Shown here: positions 9,221 through 19,231 of the stretch, in pieces
Position numbering within the stretch: the stretch's first letter is position 1
Layout: the number at the start of each line of letters is the position of its first letter
NCBI GenBank assembly: GCA_000004985.1
Contig: GG738892.1
Length of the DNA stretch: 64,000 nucleotides
Source: Naegleria gruberi
Taxonomy: Eukaryota
Reading direction: 5' to 3' (one strand)
Made by a program: the position numbers and the translations under genes
The notes under the pieces: generated by a model
The model's database searches: none
Told to the model about the DNA's origin: nothing
What the model saw: the letters and a program-made list of their open reading frames with translations, nothing else

Positions 9221-10879
9221 ATGCCTAGAATTGGTATTGTAGGAGGTGGTCCAGGAGGACTTTCAACTGCCAGTATGTTTTATTTTGATTTTTATTATGT
9301 TTAAATACAATATTTTTTGTAAACTATTTAAAAACTATTGAAATACACTATTGAAATACTATTGAAATACTTAGTGATTTTGGCTAGTAAGGGATTTGAT
9401 GTAACCATTTTTGAAAAATCCAAAGTAATTGGTGGTAGAACTTCATCATTCAATGTTGGCCATTCCAAATTTGATTTGGGTCCAACTTTTCTCATGATGA
9501 AATTTGTTTTGGATAAAGTTTTTCAAGATGCTGGAAAGGATTCATCGAATTATATGAAATTCCAACAATTAAATCCAATGTACAGATTACAATATAATCC
9601 AGATAAGCATATGGATTGTTATGATTTAACACAAAAATCAAAAATGATTGGTGAAATGAAAAGATGTTTCCCACAAGATGTGAAAGGATATGAAGAATGG
9701 GTTGATTGGGAAACTCAAAGATATGAAAAGTTATTACCACTCTTACAAAAGGCTTACACTTCACATAGTGACGTTGTGTCAATGGACGCAATTCGTGCAA
9801 TTCCATATATGCAATTTCCAAAATCACTTCATGAAATGTTAGGTGGTTTCTATAAGGATCCATTGACCAAGTTATCTTTCAGTTTCCAAGCTAAATATTT
9901 GGGAATGAGTCCATATACTTGTCCTGCTTTTTATGGAATAATTCCATATGTTGAACATGCATTTGGTGTTTATCATGTTGAAGGAGGTCTTTCAGAAATT
10001 ACAAGAACTATGGCCATTGCTGCAACTGAGAATGGAACAAAGATTAAGCTTAATACTCCAGTGACACAATTAATTGTCGATCAAGCTAATAGACGTGTGA
10101 AAGGTGTCAAAGTTATGGAAGAAGGTCAAGAAGAGAATGAATATTATTTTGATGAAGTTGTTTTGAATGCTGACTTCCCTTATGCTGTAAATAATTTAAT
10201 TCCAAATGCTGAAAATTTAATGAAACAATGGAAACCAAGTAAGCTTGCCAAGATGAAATATTCATGTTCCACATTTATGCTTTATTTGGCACTTGACAAG
10301 GAATATCCTGAAATTCAACACCATACCATTTCATTTGCTGATGATTATGCTGCCAATTTGAAGGCCATTCAAGAGGGAAGATTAACAGAAGATTTGTCGA
10401 TTTATGTGAGAAATTCATGTGTTAATGACAAGACAGTTTCACCAAAGGGTAAATCTGGTATCTATGTTTTGGCTCCAATACCTAATCTCATTGATAGTCA
10501 AGGACAAATCGATTGGAATGATCAAAATACTGTAAAGAGATGTAGAGAAATTGTTTTGAACCATTTGGAAAAGAGAGTTGGAATGACTGATATAAGACAA
10601 CATATTGAAGATGAATTGGTCATTACTCCAAAGACATGGCAAAACAATAATATTTACAATGGTAGCGTCTTTTCATTGTCGCACAATCTCTTACAAATGT
10701 TATCCATGCGTCCAAGAAATAAGTTCAACGAATTGGAGGGATTGTACTTGACTGGTGCTCACACTTCTCCAGGTTCTGGACTTCCAACAATCTTTGAAAG
10801 TGGAAGAATGGTTACTGAACTATTGTGTAACAAATATGGTGTACAATATCAAAGATCTAGTTTGTTACATCAAAAATAA
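9221..10879 (+). CDS. crtI: CrtI-type phytoene desaturase (FAD-dependent carotenoid desaturase), two exons approx. join(9221..9272,9375..10879)
   Basis: Exon 1 MPRIGIVGGGPGGLSTAS carries a GxGxxG dinucleotide-binding motif, followed by a GTATGT donor. A ~100-bp intron ends at the cttag acceptor. Exon 2 begins ILASKGFDVTIFEK...GGR. The C-terminal blocks LSIYVRNSCVNDKTVSPKGKSGIYVLAPIPNL and GLYLTGAHTSPGSGLPTIFESG align closely with bacterial and fungal CrtI or Al-1. Confidence 0.8.
9334..9370. repeat. Short tandem repeat (actattgaaatac x ~3) inside the crtI intron
   Basis: The unit actattgaaatac repeats directly, immediately upstream of the intron acceptor. Confidence 0.7.
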
Positions 10880-10890
10880 AAATCTAGAGT

Positions 10891-12465
10891 TTATTGGAGA
10901 TCAGCAAGTTCAGTTTCCTTTTGCTTTAACAAATCAACAGTGCAAGCATATGGTGTTTCGAAATCCAAGTGATATTCACAAGTGGATGGTTCATCAACCT
11001 TACCCAAAACATTTTGAGGACCACACTTGAAGTGAACAATGGCCTTTCTGGCACCAACCTTCCAACAATGTTGACCATCAGTGAAGGACATTTGGTTAGT
11101 TTCAGTGTTGAATTCCTTAAAGTTACCAAGGAGAGTAGAGGAGTGACCTTCTTTTTGATGAGCATTATTGAATGGACAAACTTCATACTTGTATTTCTTT
11201 TGTTCCCATTCGAAACATCTTTCACTAATCTTGAAATATTCACCATTCTTACCATAATTGATAGCCAATTTCTTTTGGAGATCACTATGTGAGTTCTTTA
11301 AGGTGTCAAGTTCATTGTTAACTTCATTATACTTATTTCTAGCTTCCTCAGCATCTTTTAAAATTAAATTAAGGGATTGTTTGTCATGTACATTGTGGTG
11401 GAATCGGAGTTTATACAGGGAAATGATGTGTTTAAGGGATTGAATTGGTTCAGTAAGAATGGATGATAGGGCTTTGTTGATTATTTTAAAAATTTAAAAC
11501 TACTTACCTGGCAACTTGAAGTTATTAAGTTCATCATCATCAAAAAATTGGGCTGGTTCTTCAACTTTTGGAGGTTCAACATTTTCTCCAGTTGGTTGTT
11601 CTCCTTCAGTATTTTCTCCAGTTGGTTGGTCAACTGCAACAGGTGTTGGTGCTGGTTCTTCCTTTTCTTTGGCAGCTTGAGCTTCTTCCCAATCTCTCAT
11701 CTTCTTAGCTCTGAGCAAGTCCTTTTCGAGTCTTTCAACTCTTTCAGCTTCTTCCTTCTTTGTTTGCAATTCATTTAATGTGGTTTCCTTTTCAGTAATC
11801 TTGGATTGCAAATCATCTGATTGAGTTTTCATTTCAGCAAGCTTATTCTTACCATATTCAAGATCAGCATAGACAGAATGGATTGCTGATTTAATGGCAG
11901 CAATTTCATTTTGTAAACTAGCAACAATTTCCTTTCCTAAATCTTTACAGGTATCTTCACAAACTCTGAGAGATGCTTCACCCATAGAAGAGGCAAAGTT
12001 TTCATCGGAACCATCACAACAATCACAAACACCACTATTCAATTAATAATAATATTTAAATACATCTAAATGATCCTCGTATTCATGTACTTACTCGTTA
12101 ACCTTGCTGTGGGAAATGTATTGTGATTTGTAGTGCTTATTTCTACAATAGAATTTAACATCATCACTAAAAGAAAGATCGGAATTACTACAAGCACTTG
12201 TAGCTGGTTCATCACTTCCATCAGCACAATCACAATAATTATCATTTACAGAAGAGAAGGGAATTTCCTCATTCGATTTTAAACATTTAAATTTTTGGTT
12301 TTCAGATGTTTGTGTGTATTTATCCAACAAATCGCTTGGCACTCCGTATGTTGTTCTTTCCTTTGGAGTCAAGGATCCATTGACAGCAAAGATAGTGGCC
12401 ATCATCAGGATAACTACAACAGCCAACATACAACAACTAGTAGCTGAGGTTTTCATTGTATTCAT
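10891..12465 (-). CDS. Glucosidase II beta subunit (PRKCSH-like), at least three exons (approx. 12091..12465, 11500..12042, 10891..11268)
   Basis: Features in N-to-C order:
- a signal-peptide-like N-terminus (MNTMKTSATSCCMLAVVVILMMATIFA)
- two CDCxDGSDE LDL-receptor-like Ca-binding motifs (NYCDCADGSDE and GVCDCCDGSDE)
- a long coiled-coil with an acidic stretch
- a C-terminal mannose-6-phosphate-receptor-homology (MRH) domain (CFEWEQKKYKYEVCPF...HCWKVGARKAIVHFKCG...CEYHLDFETPYAC). Confidence 0.75.
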
Positions 12466-12654
12466 TTTTTTAGGATTTGAAAAACGTGTTTTCTTTGTAT
12501 CGATACATAAAGATCGGAAGTAAGCTTTAAGAATCATCATCATCATATGAATGTCTAATATTATTGGTAGAAATAGATTCTGAATATCAAGGTGAATGAA
12601 TATAGATAATAAGAGAACATGTGAGAGATTAGAGAATAAATTAGAGTTATATTT

Positions 12655-14224
12655 TTAAACAACATTTTCAGTGGAAAAGTTAATTGGTACACAATCAAGT
12701 GTTTTCAAATTAATGAGAACAATTGTTGGACAAGAAACAAATTCAGGAACACAAACCAAACGAGATTTAGTTTCTTTCACTGTCACGAGGGTTGTTTCAA
12801 ATTTAGGGCAATTACCACAAATCATAATGTGGGGTGTATGTTTCATTATAAATGGATCAGTATCTTTGAATGGATAACATCCTAATCATAAGTTTCAGTT
12901 TTACAAAGATAATTATCAAATACTTACTCATGGTATCAGGGGCACTTGGTGCATAATGTCCCCATTGTAATAAGTTCTTCATTACTTCCAATCTAGAGGA
13001 GTAGGTTGAGTACTTTTCAATTTCTGCAACAGTTTGACCAGAAGTAACAAAAACACTGAGAATTGTGTTAAGATTAAATTTGAACAAATTAGAAAACTTA
13101 CTCCAATCCATTCTCTTGAATCAAATGTGGATTAGTAACAAGACGACATGTAGAGAAAGGGGAACTTCTTTGAAGCATAAATGGGTGGATAGGCTGTTGT
13201 GGAATAGTTACGTTCGATGGATCATTAGGACCAGGCATTACATCAACGTCAACAGTATTCACCAATTGTTCTACGAGTCCATCGAATGATTTCATGTGAC
13301 CAGCAATCGAGCTCAATTCTTTTGGTCTCAATGACTAGATTGTAAATATAATGTCACTCGAAGGAAAAATGTTGAACTACTTACACCTCTGACATCAAAT
13401 CTCTTTCCTTCATCTTCAGCTGCAATAACACCATTTCCTGCAATAATTACACGTGAAATCTTAGCTGCAACATCATTAACAAAAGCTCCACTTCCAGCTA
13501 ATCCATTAATAAAATCAAATGCCATTTGTGTGGCAACAACATCATATTTTGGATGACCAACACAAACGCCAGAAATTACAGCCAAATAGGCATCCTTTTG
13601 AGGAACTGTGATAGATCTTTGAGGTGGTGGATCATTAAAAACGATATCTTTGGCGATAAATGTTCCAGAACTATCAATTTGTCCATACAAGCCAGCAATA
13701 ATACCTGTGACTAATTGACTTGTCATTAATCTATTCTTCTCAGAGTTCTTACTTTCAAAAACGACATTACATCTCGAACCATTCAAATCTTCCAAAATTA
13801 AATAATCACTATCTGATACAAAGTTGTCTAATAATTCAACCTTCTCAGCTTCAAAGTTTTTTTCGGTAGTGAATTCTCTCAAAATATTTGGCTTTAGTTT
13901 CATTTCCTTGTAAAGAGTACCAGCAACAGTATATTCCACTCCCATAGTGAGATCCAACATTGATTTTGCTGTTGTGGCATTTGGATACATTTTAGAAATT
14001 TTCTTCAAGAGAGCAGGCTTCATAGTCTTGATTCTATGAGCATATAATTTAGAAAATTGTTGTGTAAATGTTTTATCATTTAGAAGGAAAAGATCCTTTG
14101 ATGCGGAGGTGTGTTGTGTCTGTTCTCTTTCAACTTTTTCAGTGTGTGTTGTACTTGCCGATGATGGCTTGTTTAAAAGTGAAGAAGAAGCAATATTGTT
14201 GGCCAAAGTTTTTGATGATGACAT
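12655..14224 (-). CDS. POLD2: DNA polymerase delta small subunit (POLD2/Pol31), about four exons
   Basis: Exon 1 is 14224..~13340 (MSSSK...RFDVRG). The following exons contain AGHMKSFDGLVEQLVNTVDVDVMPGPNDPSNVTIPQQPIHP and a C-terminal PHIMICGNCPKFETTLVTV...VCVPEF. These are collinear with human POLD2 ([27 protein letters not shown] ... PHVYFCGNTPSFGSK). Confidence 0.8.
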
Positions 14225-14337
14225 TTTTTTTAAACTGGTTATTTTTTAAATATTTTGGCGGGGTTTTCACTTCTTGCAGGTATTGGAATTGTTCAATACA
14301 ATCCAAAGAGTAATTCAAAGTGATATGTTCTACAATT

Positions 14338-15171
14338 TTAATAACTCATTTCATCTGGTTGAGGACCCTCTTCTTCATCTGTATCATTGTAATAAGAATA
14401 ATAAGGAATATATTCACTGATAACATCGTTCACATTCGATTCTGCCTCTGTAAATTCCATTTCATCCATTCCTTCAGCTAAATACCAATTTACAAATGCT
14501 TTTCTTCTAAACAACTTTGAGAACTCCTCTGAAGTGAATTTCAAGTAGTTACTCATAGCACTTGAACTAGCCAGGAGAGAGCCACTTCTTTTGAATCCTT
14601 GTTGAGCAACTTTGCAATAGGAAGATTGAAAGTTATTTGGAATCCATTCATGAAAGTACGAGCTTTGATAAATACATGTTCTAAATAGTTCGTTTTCGGC
14701 ATTGGAGGTAGTAAAGTCTCCTCTAAAGGTGGCTGAACAAGTGTAATATCGTCCCTCTTTGGGATTGAGTGAGGCCAAAAAGTGCGAAGGAACCAACAAT
14801 TGGCGTACAATGTCTGTAAGTTGAATGTCAGTGTTATCCATCCCCTTAATTTGTTTTCCAAGAGGTGCCATTGAAGACACTAAAAAGTGAATACGAGGGA
14901 ATGGTATCATGTTAGTTGCCAGCTTTCTCATATCATTATTGACGAACCCATTAAATCTGAACGAGCAAGTTTCAGCACATAGCGACTGAGCAATAACCTT
15001 ATTCACATCTTCTAGATTTGCTTTTTCTAATTCAATCTTATTTCTACAAATATTATACACAGCTTCATTATCATAAAATTTCACATAATCAACAAATTCT
15101 ACAAGGTTTTGCAATTGTAGTATTGAGTTGTATGGTGCCAGCACTCCGTCTGACACGTTCTNNNNNNNNNN
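14338..15171 (-). CDS. Divergent beta-tubulin-like protein; the 5' part is lost in an assembly gap
   Basis: The C-terminal two-thirds of a tubulin is present. [17 protein letters not shown] matches beta-tubulin [27 protein letters not shown] matches SYFVEWIPNN, and [34 protein letters not shown] matches [34 protein letters not shown]. Several other blocks are strongly diverged. The N-terminus runs into the N-run. Confidence 0.75.
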   Translation of the reverse strand, partial: [277 protein letters not shown]

Positions 15172-15624
15172 NNNNNNNNNNNNNNNNNNNNNNNNNNNNN
15201 NNNNNNNNNNNNNNNNNNNNNNNNNNNNNNNNNNNNNNNNNNNNNNNNNNNNNNNNNNNNNNNNNNNNNNNNNNNNNNNNNNNNNNNNNNNNNNNNNNNN
15301 NNNNNNNNNNNNNNNNNNNNNNNNNNNNNNNNNNNNNNNNNNNNNNNNNNNNNNNNNNNNNNNNNNNNNNNNNNNNNNNNNNNNNNNNNNNNNNNNNNNN
15401 NNNNNNNNNNNNNNNNNNNNNNNNNNNNNNNNNNNNNNNNNNNNNNNNNNNNNNNNNNNNNNNNNNNNNNNNNNNNNNNNNNNNNNNNNNNNNNNNNNNN
15501 NNNNNNNNNNNNNNNNNNNNNNNNNNNNNNNNNNNNNNNNNNNNNNNNNNNNNNNNNNNNNNNNNNNNNNNNNNNNNNNNNNNNNNNNNNNNNNNNNNNN
15601 NNNNNNNNNNNNNNNNNNNNNNNN
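15172..15624. other. Assembly gap (453 N)
   Basis: Run of n characters. It removes the 5' end of the tubulin gene and the 3' end of the upstream membrane-protein gene. Confidence 0.99.
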
Positions 15625-16757
15625 TTCTGGCATAGTTCAGAGCTCTGATTGCAGGAATAGTTGTCAAAATTATTACTTGACTCATGGCATAAAAGGAAAG
15701 AATTACTGGAATAGGAATAATATAATCCACCAATTGATTCAAAATGTCAATGCGAGGAAGTGCAAAACTGAGTATGACACAAATTAACATTAAGGTTGTC
15801 GTAACTGATGCTTCCAATTTGATTCCCCAAGTGTCCTTTTCCCTAATAATTACCAATATTAAACAACAAAGAGTAATAATTCCATAAAGGCAATAGAATG
15901 CAATGTACAGAGGAACTGTATTTGGTTTGGTTAAACAACCAGTTCCGAATTGTTTCCATCCGAAACTTGGATAATTATGAGTAAAAGACTCTGGACCCAA
16001 AACCTCAATCATTCCAAGCACCAACCAAATAATTGAATGAAGAGAGAATAAACCAATTTGAACGATCAACAAGAACTTATTACTTAGAAGAAACTTGTAC
16101 ATAATCAAGAGTTTCTTCTGATAGTTACTAAATTGCACTTTCAATGATTGAGAACTGTCATCTTTTTCTTGAGAGATGATATCATTCACAACTTTCTGAA
16201 CTTGTGACCTGTTATTAGAAACATCACCAACTGCTTCTGGAAAACTTGATTTCATAGTTAATAATTGAAATAATCGACCTCGTATCACAAATGAAAAGCA
16301 AGCATACCTTAAAATTATTATTTCTAAAAAAGGGAACGAGAAAAACTACATACATGGCTGGAAGTGGCATAGCCCAACACAAATTGAACGCCACAAATGA
16401 AAATAATCCACAAGGAAAGATATCGCGTCCTATAATCCATCTTAGACACGGTATTAAAACATGTACAGTCCCAGCCATAATATTCGACAAAATCCAAAGC
16501 ATTCCTCTCGAATGAATATGTCCACTCTTTCGTTTCAGAAAGACAACAATCAAAGTAAAGCATAATATTGGAAGAAAGAAAAGCAACATAATAGAAGAAA
16601 ATATAGGAACAATAATGGTATCTGGACATGCTAACATCATCTTGTCTGCTGACGACGACGATAATGAGTTATTGAGCAGTAGAAGAGTATTGACACCTCT
16701 AAAGGGTATCCCTAATTCAAATAATAGAGGATTACAGGGTAAAGAAGATGTATTCAT
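15625..16757 (-). CDS. Multi-pass transmembrane protein, possibly two exons (16757..~16300 and ~16288..15625); C-terminus lost in the gap
   Basis: Both parts consist of several hydrophobic helices: ...IVPIFSSIMLLFFLPILCFTLIVVFL... and ...LLIVQIGLFSLHSIIWLVLGM...YIAFYCLYGIITLCCLILVII.... No family recognised. The X-containing ORFs 15089..16288, 15018..15635 and 15128..15787 are artefacts of translating the N-run. Confidence 0.35.
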
Positions 16758-17156
16758 CTGTTTTTTTCAATATAAAACTGTATCTCTCTACCGTGTTGAA
16801 GACAGATGACTCATTTCATTTTATGGCCAATTAACAACTTGTCAAGGCAATATCAAGAATAGAGATATCCCATTTCTGAATAGGAAACCATAATAACAAA
16901 ACTAGTATTCTTTCATCCGAGCGATGATGATTACAAGTGTGTTTGATGATGAGACTATTTTTTTTTGTATTTAATAAACAAATTCCTTACTAATTTGTAT
17001 TGTGAGGGCTGCTGACATTTTCCGTTGTGAACTTTGTAGGATCGCATTGCTTAGTTGTACAGCACTGGGTGGTTTTTGTCTGGTCGTAATGTTTCTATTT
17101 GGATTGGAGTGTTTTTTGGAGAGACTTATCCGTAAGTTGTTGTTCATTGATGATTA

Positions 17157-17798
17157 TTGATGACATCTTTAATTAGTGAAATTCGTGTAAAGGAGACTTT
17201 TCTTGAAACTAATTGTACGGTCACTAATAGGAATATCAATTCCTTTAAATGTTGTCAGAAAACATGCTCATACTGCTCGGAATGCAAAGGCAAAAATCCC
17301 AGCTGTCTGGAATCATATGTTTCCATCAATTCTTCAATGGATTGTTGTGATGGATATTCATGTTGTGGAAATTGTTGTGATACATGTGAATCATGTGACA
17401 GTGATGGGAAGTGCACCTCTTACTCATGTAATTGTGTGTGTTGTACAGAAGCCATTGATGAATTATGCACTTTGAGTTGCAGTGAATGTTGGTCTCCCAA
17501 TGTCACAATGCATTACTTGACAGTTGGGGGCTATGTTTCATCAATAATGAAAACGGAATGTAAAACAAATTTTGATTGTGTGGATCAGTATTTTGAAAAG
17601 TGGCAACAGAATGAAACCTATCTTTGTTATTACAATCCATATGATACCAAAGAATTTTCAACAACCAAGGAATATACGCCTTACAAATTTGGAATAATGT
17701 ACACATTTGCTGGCCTTAGTATTGCTTCAATTATTGGTTTAGTAATTTGTTGTGGTCTACTTGCAAGACCATTGTGGTCCAAACTATTAAATAGATAA
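17157..17798 (+). CDS. Cysteine-rich protein with a C-terminal transmembrane anchor
   Basis: Dense Cys spacing (CCQKTCSYCSECKG...CCDGYSCCGNCCDTCESCDSDGKC...) followed by a hydrophobic helix AGLSIASIIGLVICCGLLA near the C-terminus. A 5' exon encoding a signal peptide may lie upstream (unresolved). Confidence 0.45.
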   Translation: MMTSLISEIRVKETFLETNCTVTNRNINSFKCCQKTCSYCSECKGKNPSCLESYVSINSSMDCCDGYSCCGNCCDTCESCDSDGKCTSYSCNCVCCTEAIDELCTLSCSECWSPNVTMHYLTVGGYVSSIMKTECKTNFDCVDQYFEKWQQNETYLCYYNPYDTKEFSTTKEYTPYKFGIMYTFAGLSIASIIGLVICCGLLARPLWSKLLNR

Positions 17799-17803
17799 TC
17801 TAT

Positions 17804-18868
17804 TTATTTAAGATCTTCTCGTTTATAAGCTAATGGTGTTGGATTGAGGAGCATTTCCTTAAAATCATTGAGAGCTTCAACACCTCTGACTTCCTTTCCA
17901 AGAAGAGGCATTTGAATAATGTGGAAATCTTCGTAAAGTTCGAAAACTTGCTTCAAATATTTGGATTGAATGGCCTTTCTGGCTTGACACATTTCACATG
18001 GTTCCTTTACAGTATCCTTGAGTACAAGTTGGTTGACAACAATATTATGTGAGTCAATATTAGAATTTGTCAATTCTTGGACAAGTCTTTCAGTTTCATA
18101 GACAGACAAAAATTCTGGAATGCAAACACAGATAAAGGTTGTCTTGGTTGAATCTTGGAATTGTTGAGTAATTTGATCAACACTATCATAGAATTTGTGT
18201 AATTGTTCTTCAGCAATTTGAGGAGTAGCACCACTAGATCCAAAAACTGAACCAAATTGAGTTATCATTTTACCAATATTTGATCCTAAAATATTTCCGA
18301 GAGTACTCTTCAAAACATTTGGTAAAGAGAGCAATCTGAGAGTGTGACCAGTTGGAGCAGTATCAAAAACAACTACATCAAAGTTACTATTTCTAACTTG
18401 CTTTAAAATGTGTACAAAACTTTCAACTTCATCAAGACCTGGCATGTTACTAGAAACATTCTTCATTAAATTCTTGAAAATACCAGATTCTTCAGAGTTT
18501 TCATCTTCCTCACCAAATAATCCAGAAAGAGCACTCTTAGAATCACTTGGATCAATTTCAACACAATATAAATTATCAAATCCATTAACAAGTGTTGGAT
18601 CCTTGCTAAACTTTTGAGCAAAAGCATCAGATAAATTGTGAGCAGGATCTGTACTAATCAACAAGACATTCTTTCTAACTTTTGCCAAGTGCATAGCAAT
18701 CGAACTACTAATTGTTGTTTTTCCGACACCTCCTTTTCCTCCTACAAAAATCCATTGCAATGACTTTTGATCGAGAATGTTTTGAATTGTTGGTTCGAGT
18801 ACCAAATCTTCTCCATCAAATTCCTCATCACTCATAACCAAATCATCAGCATCGTGGTGTGATAACAT
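17804..18868 (-). CDS. GET3: GET3/ArsA-family ATPase (tail-anchored membrane protein targeting factor)
   Basis: Single exon. P-loop GGKGGVGKTTISSSIAMHLA, the DTDPAHNLSDAF switch, and the CEMCQARKA CxxC dimer-interface motif are present. It is collinear with GET3/ASNA1. Confidence 0.9.
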   Translation of the reverse strand: MLSHHDADDLVMSDEEFDGEDLVLEPTIQNILDQKSLQWIFVGGKGGVGKTTISSSIAMHLAKVRKNVLLISTDPAHNLSDAFAQKFSKDPTLVNGFDNLYCVEIDPSDSKSALSGLFGEEDENSEESGIFKNLMKNVSSNMPGLDEVESFVHILKQVRNSNFDVVVFDTAPTGHTLRLLSLPNVLKSTLGNILGSNIGKMITQFGSVFGSSGATPQIAEEQLHKFYDSVDQITQQFQDSTKTTFICVCIPEFLSVYETERLVQELTNSNIDSHNIVVNQLVLKDTVKEPCEMCQARKAIQSKYLKQVFELYEDFHIIQMPLLGKEVRGVEALNDFKEMLLNPTPLAYKREDLK

Positions 18869-19231
18869 TTTTAAAAATTTTTGATTTTCCGTTTTTAAAA
18901 GTTTTTAAATTTTTTTATTATCGGTTCATTCCGAAAGATGATTCAACACCAATTATTATATCATCAAATCTTAAATATTTAATGTATTAATAATAGAATC
19001 TGTCTTTCGTTGAACTTGAAACGTGTTAGTGTTATGTTTTATTCTCCATCACTATGGTAAATTAAAAAGTCAAAAAATTAAAAAGTACATCAATACTCGG
19101 AGTGGAATGCATTGTTGAGCACTGGTTGGATAAAATTGTCATCTTTAATAACCAACCGATTATGCATAATAATTCTCTCTCATCGCATTATAAAAAGCAA
19201 ATATATAGTATTACTAATAATAATAACCATC

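Noticed and set aside
9492-9863. Numerous 60-120 aa ORFs antisense to or overlapping long conserved genes (for example 9492..9863, 10439..10642, 35733..35921, 54072..54272, 59307..59837).
   Set aside because: Each lies inside a longer ORF with clear homology on the other strand or frame. They have low-complexity composition typical of spurious frames in AT-rich DNA.
15018-16288. Long ORFs containing runs of X (15018..15635, 15128..15787, and the N-terminal part of 15089..16288).
   Set aside because: They come from translating the 453-N assembly gap. Only the flanking real sequence (15625..16288 and 14338..15171) is meaningful.
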